This document shows, piece by piece, positions 9,541-20,740 of a stretch of DNA of 64,000 nucleotides. Source of the DNA: Gammaproteobacteria bacterium (lineage in GTDB: Bacteria; Pseudomonadota; Gammaproteobacteria; JAKDMP01); contig JBOIBN010000002.1 in assembly GCA_050739575.1 (NCBI GenBank), positions 2,404 through 66,403 of the forward strand. The letters are read 5' to 3'. Numbering within the stretch: position 1 is the stretch's first letter; every line of letters begins with the position of its first letter. Made by a program: the position numbers and the translations under genes. The notes below the pieces were generated by a model. It did not search any database. It saw only the letters and a program-made list of their open reading frames with translations, and was not told the DNA's origin.

Positions 9541-9583
9541 CTGAAAAACTCGTCGCGAGCTTTTCAGAGGCGGCAAGTCCGGC
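9541..9583 (+). repeat. Hairpin plus conserved 19-mer CAGAGGCGGCAAGTCCGGC, copy 1
   Basis: ctgaaaaactcg-tcg-cgagcttttcag hairpin directly followed by aggcggcaagtccggc. The identical 19-mer with a different hairpin recurs at 58014..58059. Confidence 0.4.
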
Positions 9584-9647
9584 GTGCCCGTGCGTGAGCG
9601 CATGCAGACAGGCGCATGCCTGCCCCGGATTGCGATTCGGATTTTTG

Positions 9648-10706
9648 CTAACCCTTGTTTATGCCCGGCGGCTGCGCGTTTCCCTCCCGGACCGGGCCGT
9701 CAGCCTTGCCCGATAAACGCACGAGTTCCGAGGGACGAACGCCATAGATCAGCAAGGCGGCGGCGCCGAATGTCGCGTAGGTAAGAAGGAAGACGCCCTC
9801 CATCATCACGGCCGCAAGAAGCGCCGATTCTTTCGCCACGCCCAGCAGGTTAAGTACGAAGGCCGAGGCAAGCAGCATCCCTCCCGGTAAGCGCACGAAG
9901 AAACCCGCTACCGTCACCGAACTCAGAAACACCATGATCAAAAGATAATCCGTAAACCGCAACAACATGCCGACTGCCAGAGTGGCCCACAGCATGTCGG
10001 AGATTACCAGCGCCTTGATCCCCATCGCGGCAATGCCGATTGCGAGCGCGCGCCCAGGCTCGGCGGGCCAGATCGTGCCTTCGGCGAAGGCACGGGAGAG
10101 ATTCTGTACGCGCTTGGCCAGGGATTGCGGCAAACGATGCATCCATGCGAACGGCAGCATCCTACCTAATGCGTGGCGTCGGTGCCAGATGACGAGCGTA
10201 ATCCCCAGCGCGATGAAGAGGGTGCTGATTCTGGCACCCGCGATGAGACCCGTTCGAAATTTCCCCGAATGGACGGGGATCGCAGCCACACCCAGGGTCA
10301 GGACAACCACAAGCAGAAAGGCCAGACCGTCAATCAGGCGATCGACTATAGCCGTCGCCAGCACCGCCGCGGTTTGCAGCGAACTTCGGCGCGCCACGAG
10401 CCAGGCGCGCGCCACGAGGGCGACACCCATGCCCATAACAAGCCCGGGGAGATAGCTCGCGAGCGTGGCGCCGAAAAGCCGCAGCGTCGGCACACTTCCG
10501 ACGGGCCGCATCGCCAGCCGCCATTTCCAGGCCCGCAGAAGTTGCTCCAGCAGGACGGCCGCCAGCAGGACCACGTCGAACGGCCAGTGGGTTGCCGCCA
10601 GTGCGGTGCGGAAACGTTGGTAATCGAACCCATGGAGCAGCCAGCCGAGTAGCCCCAGCACGATGAGCATACCGACGATCCACGCTATCCAGCGTCGTCG
10701 GCGCAT
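9648..10706 (-). CDS. UPF0104 / lysylphosphatidylglycerol-synthase-TM-region-like (flippase-like) membrane protein
   Basis: 352 aa, multi-TM, with N-terminal MRRRRWIAWIVGMLIVLGLLGW typical of the family. Confidence 0.65.
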   Translation of the reverse strand: MRRRRWIAWIVGMLIVLGLLGWLLHGFDYQRFRTALAATHWPFDVVLLAAVLLEQLLRAWKWRLAMRPVGSVPTLRLFGATLASYLPGLVMGMGVALVARAWLVARRSSLQTAAVLATAIVDRLIDGLAFLLVVVLTLGVAAIPVHSGKFRTGLIAGARISTLFIALGITLVIWHRRHALGRMLPFAWMHRLPQSLAKRVQNLSRAFAEGTIWPAEPGRALAIGIAAMGIKALVISDMLWATLAVGMLLRFTDYLLIMVFLSSVTVAGFFVRLPGGMLLASAFVLNLLGVAKESALLAAVMMEGVFLLTYATFGAAALLIYGVRPSELVRLSGKADGPVREGNAQPPGINKG

Positions 10707-10806
10707 CCGTTATCCTCCCGCGGGACTCGCGTTGTGAATTCCTGAAGAATACGCCGTATGTTCGATGTCCGAACGGGGGCGTGGGTTAACGGACGCGTGG
10801 ACTTGA

Positions 10807-12465
<1,659 letters not shown>

Positions 12466-12619
12466 GGCTAAAGGGTCCGGGCCGTGGGTGGAGAATCGAA
12501 AGCGGCTGACTGCGGAACGTCCCGGCTTTCTGTAGCTGCGCCGGATGGCTCGACAAAGCGCAAGGCAACTATTATACTTGCGCTCGTTGGCGCAAGCCAC
12601 CACCAACGGAGGGCTGGAA

Positions 12620-13327
12620 ATGAAGAAATTCGCGCCCGCTTTCACGATCCTGATCGGTGCCTTCCTGGCCGGCTGTGCGGCCACGCAGCAAGCGAAAACC
12701 GTACAGACGAACGGATTCCTCGCGCCTTATCAATCGCTCCTCCAGAAGGGGCAACGGGGCAAGGAAGCGCTCCTCGTCTACCGCAATCCCAAGGCTAACT
12801 GGGCCGGCTACCACACGATCCTGCTCGAACCGGTCACGCTATGGGACGACCCGGACTCGAAACTTTCGGTCGAGCAGGAGAAGGATTTGCAGGAGCTGGT
12901 GAACAGTTTCTACGTTACCCTCTACAACAAGCTCGCCAAGGACTACACGATGGTCTGGGCGCCCGGACCGGGGGTGATGGAGATCCAGATCGCGATCAGC
13001 CACGGCGAACCTTCGCACACGGCGCTTTCGCTCGCCTCCAAGGTGATTTTGCCGGTGAAGCTCGTCAATTCCATGTGGTCCTTCGCGAGCGGCAAACCCG
13101 TATTCACGGGCCAGGTCACCATCGAAGCGGTGGTGAAGGATGCAGGGAACGGCGAGGTGCTGGGCGTCGGCGCCGACCGGCGCGTAGGCGGCCTGAAGCT
13201 CTTCGACAAGAACGCGTTTAATTCCTGGGGCGATGTCAAGAACAGCCTCAACTTTTATGCCGAGGCCGCAGTGTGGCGCCTGTGCGTCCTGCGGGGTGGT
13301 ACCCATTGCGTCAAGCCCAAGGCGTGA
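12620..13327 (+). CDS. DUF3313 lipoprotein
   Basis: [19 protein letters not shown] lipobox. ATG 12620 with GGAGG 7 nt upstream. Confidence 0.6.
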   Translation: MKKFAPAFTILIGAFLAGCAATQQAKTVQTNGFLAPYQSLLQKGQRGKEALLVYRNPKANWAGYHTILLEPVTLWDDPDSKLSVEQEKDLQELVNSFYVTLYNKLAKDYTMVWAPGPGVMEIQIAISHGEPSHTALSLASKVILPVKLVNSMWSFASGKPVFTGQVTIEAVVKDAGNGEVLGVGADRRVGGLKLFDKNAFNSWGDVKNSLNFYAEAAVWRLCVLRGGTHCVKPKA

Positions 13328-13371
13328 GGGTTTAAGGCGGTCTGAAATCTGCGACTGTTAGGGGTCTGTTC

Positions 13372-14466
13372 ATGCCGATAAAGCGGAACATCCTGATCGT
13401 TGCGTTGTTATCCATTCTTGTCGTTGCCTGCGGCAAGAGCAATAACGCGGGCGAAGCGGTTATCCGTCCCGTGCAGACGATGACTATCGAACGGTTCCAG
13501 AGTACGATCGGCTCGACCTATTCCGGGCAGATCCAGGCGCAGCACGACAGCCAGCAGGGTTTTCAGGTCGGCGGCACGATCGCAAAGCGCATCGTGGAAG
13601 TGGGCGATCACGTCGTCGACGGTCAGCCGCTGCTCCAGCTCGATCTCAGCAATCTTGAATACCAGCTGCAGCAGGCCAAGGCGCAACTCGATGCTGCCAA
13701 GAACCAGACCGCGCAGGCCAAGGTAAATGTCGGCCGATCCAAGGCGCTGGTCCAGCAGAACTTCATCAGCCAGACGGAATACGATCAGAGCGAGCTCGAC
13801 TACCAGCAGGCGGTGGCTCAGCAGCAGGCGGCCCAGGCGCAATACGGCGAGGCCGAGAACGCACTCGGCTACGGCACTCTGCGCGCGGCGGTTCCCGGGG
13901 TTGTGACCTCCATTAACGTGAATATCGGCCAGGTCGTGCAGCCCAGCCAGGATGCCGTGGACATCGCCCAGGACGGCGACCGCGAAGTCGTGATCAGCGT
14001 CCCGGAATCCCGCGTGGAAGAGATCCGCAAGGCGCAAGACCTCAGCGTCACGCTGTGGGCGATTCCGGATGTGACGTACAAGGCGAAACTTCGTCTTCTT
14101 TATCCGGACACAAGCCAGACGACCCGCACGTACGAGGGCGACGTGATCCTTCTCAATCCCGATGCAGCGGTACGCCTTGGCATGACCGCCTACGTCCACG
14201 TGCCCGGGACGGTCGAGCACAAGGCTTACCTCGTGCCGCTCACCGCGCTTTACAACAAGAGCGGTTCGTCGTTGCTGTGGGTCGTCAACAAACGGGATTC
14301 CACCGTTTCCAGCCGGCCCGTGAAGATATTCTCGCTGGTGGGCGATAGCGCACTGATCGCCTCGGGCGTGGGACCGGGCGATGTCATCGTCACTGCCGGA
14401 GCGCAACTGCTCCACGAAGGACAGAAGGTAAAACCCGTCGGTACCTATTTTCCGCAGAGTAACTAG
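13372..14466 (+). CDS. RND efflux periplasmic adaptor (membrane fusion protein, HlyD family)
   Basis: Lipoprotein signal LLSILVVAC, coiled-coil region, beta-barrel/MP domains. Stop overlaps the start of the RND pump gene (TAGTG). Confidence 0.85.
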   Translation: MPIKRNILIVALLSILVVACGKSNNAGEAVIRPVQTMTIERFQSTIGSTYSGQIQAQHDSQQGFQVGGTIAKRIVEVGDHVVDGQPLLQLDLSNLEYQLQQAKAQLDAAKNQTAQAKVNVGRSKALVQQNFISQTEYDQSELDYQQAVAQQQAAQAQYGEAENALGYGTLRAAVPGVVTSINVNIGQVVQPSQDAVDIAQDGDREVVISVPESRVEEIRKAQDLSVTLWAIPDVTYKAKLRLLYPDTSQTTRTYEGDVILLNPDAAVRLGMTAYVHVPGTVEHKAYLVPLTALYNKSGSSLLWVVNKRDSTVSSRPVKIFSLVGDSALIASGVGPGDVIVTAGAQLLHEGQKVKPVGTYFPQSN

Positions 14467-17400
14467 TGAAGGGTTTCAACCTCTCGGAGTGGGCGCTCAA
14501 GCACCAGCAGATGATCGTATTCATGCTGGTTGTCTTCACCGTGGCCGGCCTGTTCGCTTACTTCCACCTCGGCCAGGAAGAGGATCCTACGTTCACGGTC
14601 CGCTCGATGACGCTCAAGGCCTATTGGCCGGGCGCCAACGTTTACGACATGGAGAATCAGGTCACCGACAAGTTCGAGCAGACGCTGCAAACGATTGACC
14701 AGATAGACCATGTTCAGAGCGAAGCGATGGCGGGCTACACAATGCTTACCATTACGGTGCGCGACGACGTGCCACCGTCGCAGGTGCCGGGTGTCTGGTA
14801 CGACGTGCGCAAGAAAATCGGCGACATGGAATACCAGTTGCCGCAGGACGTGCAGGGCCCGTTCTTCAACGATGACTACGGTCAGACGTTCGGCAACATC
14901 TACGCGCTCACCGGGGACGGTTTCAGCTACGCGCAGCTCAAGCAGTTCGCGAAAAGCCTGCGCCGCGACATCCTGCAGCTTCCCGCCGTCGACCAGGTGA
15001 ACTACGTGGCCGATCAGGATCAGGAAATCTATATCGAGATGTCGAATGCCAAGCTGGCGTCGCTCGGCATCGATCCCATACAGATATTGAAGGTTCTGGC
15101 CCAGACCAACAGCGTGGAGTCGGCTGGCACGATCGAAACCCGCTCCGATCAGGTGAGTCTGCGCGTCAGCGGCGAATTCGAATCGCTCGATACCATTCGC
15201 GACATCGGCATCCGTTCGGGCGATCAGGTTTTCAAGTTGGGCGATATTGCCACCGTCACGCGCGGCTATGTCGATCCTCCCGTTTACAAGATGTTTTTTG
15301 ACGGGAAACCTGCCGTCGGGCTTTCGATCAGCATGCGCACAGGCGGTAACGTGATCCAGCTTGGCAAGGAGCTGGACACAATCGTGGCGCGCACCCAGAA
15401 GGAGCTGCCCGTCGGCGTTCAGATCAATACGGTTTCCGATCAGCCGGTAATCGTCAAGCAATCGGTAAGCGAGTTCACGACCGCGTTGTTCGAAGCCGTC
15501 GGGATCGTGTTGATCGTGAGTTTCCTGTCGCTGGGACTGCGCACAGGCTTTGTCGTTGCCCTGTGCATCCCGTTCGTGCTGGCGATGACGTTCCTTGTGA
15601 TGTATTTCGCCGGCATAGACTTGCAGCAGATTTCGTTGGGTGCGCTCATCATTGCGCTGGGACTTCTCGTGGACGATGCCATCATTACGGTCGAGATGAT
15701 GTCGCTCAAGCTCGAAGAGGGCATGGACCACTTCCACGCCGCGATTTTTGCCTATACTTCGACCGCGTTTCCCATGCTCACGGGAACACTGGTGACGGCG
15801 GCGGGCTTTCTTCCCGTTGCGCTCGCGAAATCGGGCGCGAGCGAATATACAATTTCGATCTTCCAGGTCGTCACCATCGCGCTTCTTCTTTCCTGGATCA
15901 CGGCCGTCGTTTTCACGCCATATCTCGGCTACCATCTGTTGAAGCAGAAAAAACATGCCGGGCCGGTGGATGAGTATGCCGTTTACCAAAAGTCTTTCTA
16001 TCGCTGGTTCCGTGCGCGCGTTACCTGGTGCCTGGATCACCGTGGGACCGTGGTTGTCGCAACGGTACTGATCTTCGTCGTCGCCATCGCATTGTTCCGC
16101 TTCGTGCCCAAGCAATTTTTCCCGGCCTCCGATCGCAATGAGCTTATCGTGGACATGTGGTTGCCGCAGGCGGCGACGTTTGCCCAGAGCGAACGGCAGG
16201 CCATGCTGTTCGACGAGAAAATCAAGAGCGATCCCGATGTTCTGTCGTACACCACCTACGTCGGTGCCGGAAGTCCGCGCTTCTATCTGCCGCTCAACGT
16301 GCAGAGCCAGAACACGAATCTGGCTGAAATCGTGCTCCTGACGAAGAGCGAGGCGGCGCGCGAACGCGTCTTCAGCCACGTCCGCCAGATGTTCGACGAC
16401 GGTTTCCCGCTGGTGCGTGGACGGGTGACGCGGCTCGAAAACGGGCCGCCGGTCGGCTATCCGATTCAGTTCCGTATCTCCGGTCCGGACTGGGCGACCG
16501 TGGTGCCGGCGGCCGACAAGGTCATGGCGATCATGCGCGCCAATCCGAATCTGCGTGAAGTCAACAGCGACCACGGCGAGGCGGTCCAGGTGCTGCGCGT
16601 GAACGTCGCCGAAGACAAGGCGCGAGCGCTCGGTGTGACTTCGAAAGACGTTTCGGATGCACTGGCGGCCTCGCTCAGTGGAATCGTTACCACGCAGTAC
16701 CGCGAGGGCGATCAGAGTATCGACGTCGTGGGGCGGCTGATCACGAAGGAAAGGACGGATATCAGCAATGTCGGAGACCTGATGATTCACCTCGCGGACG
16801 GCAGTTTCGCGCCGCTCTCGCAACTCGCCACCATCACGGTGGGAACGGAGCCCAGCGTGTTGTGGAGATGGAACCGCGTTCCTACCGTGACCGCGCGTGC
16901 GGACATGCAAACGAACGCGCAGGCGAACGACGTTACGGCGGCGTTGTGGCCGAAGATCGAAGATGTTGCAAAGACTTTGCCGCCGGGCTACAGCATCGAG
17001 GTCGGCGGCTCCCAGGAATCGAGCCAGAAGTCACAGAAAGCGATTGCCGCGACGCTGCCGCTGGTGGGCGTCCTCGTCTTGTTTCTGTTGATGATGCAAC
17101 TCCAGGACATCCGCAAGATGATCCTGGTTCTTCTGACCGCGCCGCTCGGGATGATCGGGGTTACGGCCATCCTGCTCATCTTTCAGATTCCGTTCGGATT
17201 CGTTGCCATGCTTGGCATCGTCGCGCTGTTCGGCATGATCATCCGCAACTCCGTGATTCTCGTCACCCAGGTAGATAAGGCGCTCGCCGCCGGGATGGCC
17301 CTTCGAGAAGCGATCATCGAGTCCACCGTGCATCGATGCCGGCCGATCCTGCTGACGGCCGGCACCGCCGTGCTCGCCATGATACCGCTGACGCGTTCCA

Positions 17401-17537
17401 CGTTCTGGGCGCCCATGGCCTGGGCGATCATGGGCGGATTGATCGGCGCGACGATGTTGACCTTGCTTTACCTGCCTTCGCTCTATGCTTGGTGGTACAA
17501 GGCCGAAAGGAAGGCTGCCTCCCATGTGGGTGCGTGA
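14466..17537 (+). CDS. RND efflux transporter permease (AcrB/HAE1 family), GTG start
   Basis: 1023 aa with 12-TM architecture and large periplasmic loops. The GTG overlaps the adaptor-gene stop. Confidence 0.9.
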   Translation: MKGFNLSEWALKHQQMIVFMLVVFTVAGLFAYFHLGQEEDPTFTVRSMTLKAYWPGANVYDMENQVTDKFEQTLQTIDQIDHVQSEAMAGYTMLTITVRDDVPPSQVPGVWYDVRKKIGDMEYQLPQDVQGPFFNDDYGQTFGNIYALTGDGFSYAQLKQFAKSLRRDILQLPAVDQVNYVADQDQEIYIEMSNAKLASLGIDPIQILKVLAQTNSVESAGTIETRSDQVSLRVSGEFESLDTIRDIGIRSGDQVFKLGDIATVTRGYVDPPVYKMFFDGKPAVGLSISMRTGGNVIQLGKELDTIVARTQKELPVGVQINTVSDQPVIVKQSVSEFTTALFEAVGIVLIVSFLSLGLRTGFVVALCIPFVLAMTFLVMYFAGIDLQQISLGALIIALGLLVDDAIITVEMMSLKLEEGMDHFHAAIFAYTSTAFPMLTGTLVTAAGFLPVALAKSGASEYTISIFQVVTIALLLSWITAVVFTPYLGYHLLKQKKHAGPVDEYAVYQKSFYRWFRARVTWCLDHRGTVVVATVLIFVVAIALFRFVPKQFFPASDRNELIVDMWLPQAATFAQSERQAMLFDEKIKSDPDVLSYTTYVGAGSPRFYLPLNVQSQNTNLAEIVLLTKSEAARERVFSHVRQMFDDGFPLVRGRVTRLENGPPVGYPIQFRISGPDWATVVPAADKVMAIMRANPNLREVNSDHGEAVQVLRVNVAEDKARALGVTSKDVSDALAASLSGIVTTQYREGDQSIDVVGRLITKERTDISNVGDLMIHLADGSFAPLSQLATITVGTEPSVLWRWNRVPTVTARADMQTNAQANDVTAALWPKIEDVAKTLPPGYSIEVGGSQESSQKSQKAIAATLPLVGVLVLFLLMMQLQDIRKMILVLLTAPLGMIGVTAILLIFQIPFGFVAMLGIVALFGMIIRNSVILVTQVDKALAAGMALREAIIESTVHRCRPILLTAGTAVLAMIPLTRSTFWAPMAWAIMGGLIGATMLTLLYLPSLYAWWYKAERKAASHVGA

Positions 17538-18918
17538 GATGAGGCGATGGGGGTGGGCTGGGACGTTGACGCTCTCGGCGGCTCTGGTGGCAGGTGCTGC
17601 GTCGGCTACCGATCTCAGCGAATCGGTCGCCAGGGCGCAGCACTACGATCCTACGTTGCAAGCCTCGAATTACGCGAACAAGGCGGGGCAGGAGGGACGC
17701 AATCAGGCGACGGCACTGTATTTGCCGCAGATCTCGCTCACCGGAGAGTACGAGCGCGTATGGTCGCAAACCAACGTTACCGTGCCGCCGAACTTTCCTT
17801 TCCAGATTCTCGCGCCGCTCACCAGTGCCGGCAACGTCTACGGCTACGGTGTCACGCTTACCCAGCCGCTCTACAGCGCGGACGTTTCCGTGAAAGCGAC
17901 GCAGTTGCGGGATCAGGCCAAACTCGCCGAAGTGGATAACCAGCGCGCACAGCAGGACCTGATCGCGCGCGTGTCGGAAGCCTACTTCAACGTAATCGTG
18001 GGTGCCGATACGCTGCGCTATGTGCGCGCGGAGAAGGCGGCCGTGGCCCAGCAGCTAGCCTCCGCCAAGGCCCGTTTCCAGGCAGGCCGCGCCAACATCA
18101 CGGACGTGCAGGACGCCGAGGCACGCTACGATGGAATCATCGCCCAGGAAATTTCAGCCGAAAATAATCTCGCCGAATGGCAGGCACGCTACGAGCGTTC
18201 CGTGGGACAGGATCCGGAGAATCTGGTGCAGTTGCCCGAGCACTTCCAGCCGACTTTGCCCGATCCCGACGACATGAACGAGTGGATCAGGCGAGCCGTT
18301 GCCGGCAATCTGGATGTCCAATCCAAACTCATCCAGCAGAATATCGCGAATAAGGCCATTGATCTCTACACCCTGTCGAGCCGCCCTCAGCTCGGTCTCT
18401 TCGCAAGCTATTCCGACATGCGTCAGAGCGGAGACCTTTCGTTCATCATCGCGCCAGATCGGAAACAAGCCGCGGCGATCGGGCTGCAACTCAGCTTCCC
18501 GATCTTCACCGGCGGCGCGCTCGAATCCCAATTACGCGAAGCGCGGGCCACGAGCGAGCAGGTCAATTACGAAGTGCAGGCCGCGCGCGCGGACGTCACC
18601 GTGCAGGTGCGCGAGATCTTCCAGGACATCGCAGCCGGCGTGAAGGGCATCCAGGCGCTCGAACAAGCGGCCGTCACCGCCAAGACCTCGCTCGAAGCCA
18701 ACGAACTCGCGCTCAAGGTCGGAGTAAAGACCACGCAGGACGTGCTCAACGCCGAGCAGACCTACTATCAGACACTGGAAGAGCTGGAGCAGGCCCGTTA
18801 CCAGTACCTCATGGCCGTTATTTCCCTGCAACTTTTGACCGGCCAGCTCAACGGTGCCGCGGTCATGCAGGTCAACAATCAACTCCACGGCATGGCGCCC
18901 GAACCGGCGCATAAATAA
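17524..18918 (+). CDS. Outer-membrane efflux channel (TolC/OMF family)
   Basis: Signal peptide (MRRWGWAGTLTLSAALVAGAASA), then two repeats of OMF coiled-coil/beta-barrel signatures. ATG at 17524 or 17539. Confidence 0.85.
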   Translation: MWVREMRRWGWAGTLTLSAALVAGAASATDLSESVARAQHYDPTLQASNYANKAGQEGRNQATALYLPQISLTGEYERVWSQTNVTVPPNFPFQILAPLTSAGNVYGYGVTLTQPLYSADVSVKATQLRDQAKLAEVDNQRAQQDLIARVSEAYFNVIVGADTLRYVRAEKAAVAQQLASAKARFQAGRANITDVQDAEARYDGIIAQEISAENNLAEWQARYERSVGQDPENLVQLPEHFQPTLPDPDDMNEWIRRAVAGNLDVQSKLIQQNIANKAIDLYTLSSRPQLGLFASYSDMRQSGDLSFIIAPDRKQAAAIGLQLSFPIFTGGALESQLREARATSEQVNYEVQAARADVTVQVREIFQDIAAGVKGIQALEQAAVTAKTSLEANELALKVGVKTTQDVLNAEQTYYQTLEELEQARYQYLMAVISLQLLTGQLNGAAVMQVNNQLHGMAPEPAHK

Positions 18919-19095
18919 GCACCTTATTTCATCAGTACAAGCATTTGATTTCGTATAGTTTTTGCGCAGAATAATTCCGGAGCTGATAAAACAGATGCCG
19001 GGCTTGTTGCCACCAGGAACTAAAAGCCGATTTCTTCAGGATTTTCTTCCTATAATGCGCGTTGATAATGATCCTGGAGCCGGCGGGAGGCGGGC

Positions 19096-19950
19096 ATGGC
19101 CTACGATTCGGAGTTCGTCGAATTCTGGAACACCATCCTGGTGCCAAAGTTTTTGCGCTTCCAGGACATTCTCGTACAGGGTCTGGGCAAGCACAGTCGG
19201 GTCATCTTCGCACGTGACGCCGTTGCGAAGCCGGGTGAGCGCGTGCTCGATGTCGGTTGTGGCTTCGGCGATACCGCGATCGATCTCGCGCGTCAGGTGG
19301 GTCCGGCGGGCTGCGTAGTCGGGATCGACTGCTGTCGGGCTTTTCTCGACATTTGTCGAGTCGATGCGGAGCAGGCGGTGCTCGGCAACATCGAGTGGGT
19401 GGAGAGCGACGCGGAAACGCATGAATTCGACGTGCCCTTCGATCTGTGGTTCTCGCGTTTCGGGACAATGTTTTTTTCGCTGCCCGTTGCCGCGCTGCGC
19501 CACCTGCGCACCCAGTTGAAGCCCGGCGGCCGCATGATGATGATCGTATGGCACAAGCGCGATCTCAACCTGTGGGCGGCGCTGCCGCGCGACGTGGTGC
19601 TGCGCTTCCTGCCCGAACCCGAGTCTCCAGATACCTGCGGACCCGGCCCCTTTTCGATGGCGAGCGAGGAAATCGTCACGCAACAGCTGCATGCCGCGGG
19701 CTATACGGACATTGCATTCATGCCGGTGGATGCGCCCATCATGGTCGGGCGCAACCTGGACGACGCGATTGATTTCCAGCTTGCGATCGGCCCGGCAGGA
19801 GAAATCCATCGGGAAGCCGGCAAACTGGCCGAACGCAAGTCGGACGAAATCCGCACGGCGCTCGAACAAGCGTTGGCGCCTTATCTCACGGACGAGGGCG
19901 TCGTGCTGCCATCCACTTCGTGGTGCATCACGGCGCGCAATCCTTCCTGA
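19096..19950 (+). CDS. Class I SAM-dependent methyltransferase
   Basis: VLDVGCGFGDTAIDLA motif I plus ...LKPGGRMMMIVW post-I/II motifs. Confidence 0.8.
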   Translation: MAYDSEFVEFWNTILVPKFLRFQDILVQGLGKHSRVIFARDAVAKPGERVLDVGCGFGDTAIDLARQVGPAGCVVGIDCCRAFLDICRVDAEQAVLGNIEWVESDAETHEFDVPFDLWFSRFGTMFFSLPVAALRHLRTQLKPGGRMMMIVWHKRDLNLWAALPRDVVLRFLPEPESPDTCGPGPFSMASEEIVTQQLHAAGYTDIAFMPVDAPIMVGRNLDDAIDFQLAIGPAGEIHREAGKLAERKSDEIRTALEQALAPYLTDEGVVLPSTSWCITARNPS

Positions 19951-19964
19951 GCACTCACGCGGTG

Positions 19965-20160
19965 CCGTCCAATGGTTCGAGCGGATCGCGTACCTCACGA
20001 TCCAGCTAATTGATGAAGGTGCTCGCGGGCGTCGCGCGCATGCGGCAGGCATCCTCGGAGAAGTCCTGACGGTCGGACGTGCCGAGCAGCCTGATGATGT
20101 AATCTCAATGGGGAAACTGCATGACCGGACTCGCGGCCGAAACCCGCGGTCCGGGCGGAT
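19965..20160 (-). pseudogene. prfC: Decayed internal fragment of prfC (~190 bp, ~80% identical to prfC 11975..12050 and 12130..12235, with an ~85-bp internal deletion)
   Basis: Direct nucleotide comparison: cgagcggatcgcgtacctcacgatccag...gcgcgcatgcggcaggc and ...tcggagaagtcctgacggtcgg...gggaaactgcatgaccggactcgcggccga match the intact prfC. Start and stop are missing and frames are broken. Confidence 0.6.
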
Positions 20161-20221
20161 CCCGGAACCTGCGGAATTTTAACTTGTCTTATCAAATGTA
20201 TACACGTACAAGGAGATTAAC

Positions 20222-20665
20222 ATGAACAAACATATGCTTTTATTCCAGGCTTTGCTGTTGGCCGTTCCTGTCGTTGCCCTGGCGGCTGGTCAGACTGGTG
20301 CACCGCGTATAGTCACAAGTTCGGCGGCTGTCAAAGGAGGTGAGCCAGTCAAGCTTCCCGTACCTGCCTTCAGCAAGGTCGACACCAACAAAGACAATCA
20401 AATCGAATGGAAAGAGGCTCAGGCAGTAGGCGTACCCAAGTCGTTATTCGAACGTTTCGACTATCGTCACGATGGCAAGCTGACGTTAACCGAATGGAAA
20501 ATGGTCGAGGTTGCCATGATTCATACGCAATCGTTGCCCGCGACCAATACATCGTTGCCGCCGGTACCCGCCAGCATTGTAAAAAAGGTCATCCAGAATC
20601 AGCAGGCGCCACACCATGGCACGGCGGCCGGCACTACTGCCGCCCCGCAACCGTCCAGCGGCTGA
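20222..20665 (+). CDS. Secreted EF-hand calcium-binding protein
   Basis: Signal peptide, then two canonical 12-residue EF loops (DTNKDNQIEWKE, DYRHDGKLTLTE). Sits in a local AT-rich patch with an AAGGAG RBS. Confidence 0.6.
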   Translation: MNKHMLLFQALLLAVPVVALAAGQTGAPRIVTSSAAVKGGEPVKLPVPAFSKVDTNKDNQIEWKEAQAVGVPKSLFERFDYRHDGKLTLTEWKMVEVAMIHTQSLPATNTSLPPVPASIVKKVIQNQQAPHHGTAAGTTAAPQPSSG

Positions 20666-20740
20666 TTCCAACAAGATTCGGCCCGCAGGCAGGGCGAGGG
20701 AAGGGTCAGGACCGGGAGTTTCAGCCGAAGGACGGTCTAG

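Noticed and set aside
13408-14415. 335-aa minus-strand ORF
   Set aside because: Antisense shadow of the RND adaptor gene.
14463-16910. 815-aa minus-strand ORF
   Set aside because: Antisense shadow of the RND pump gene.
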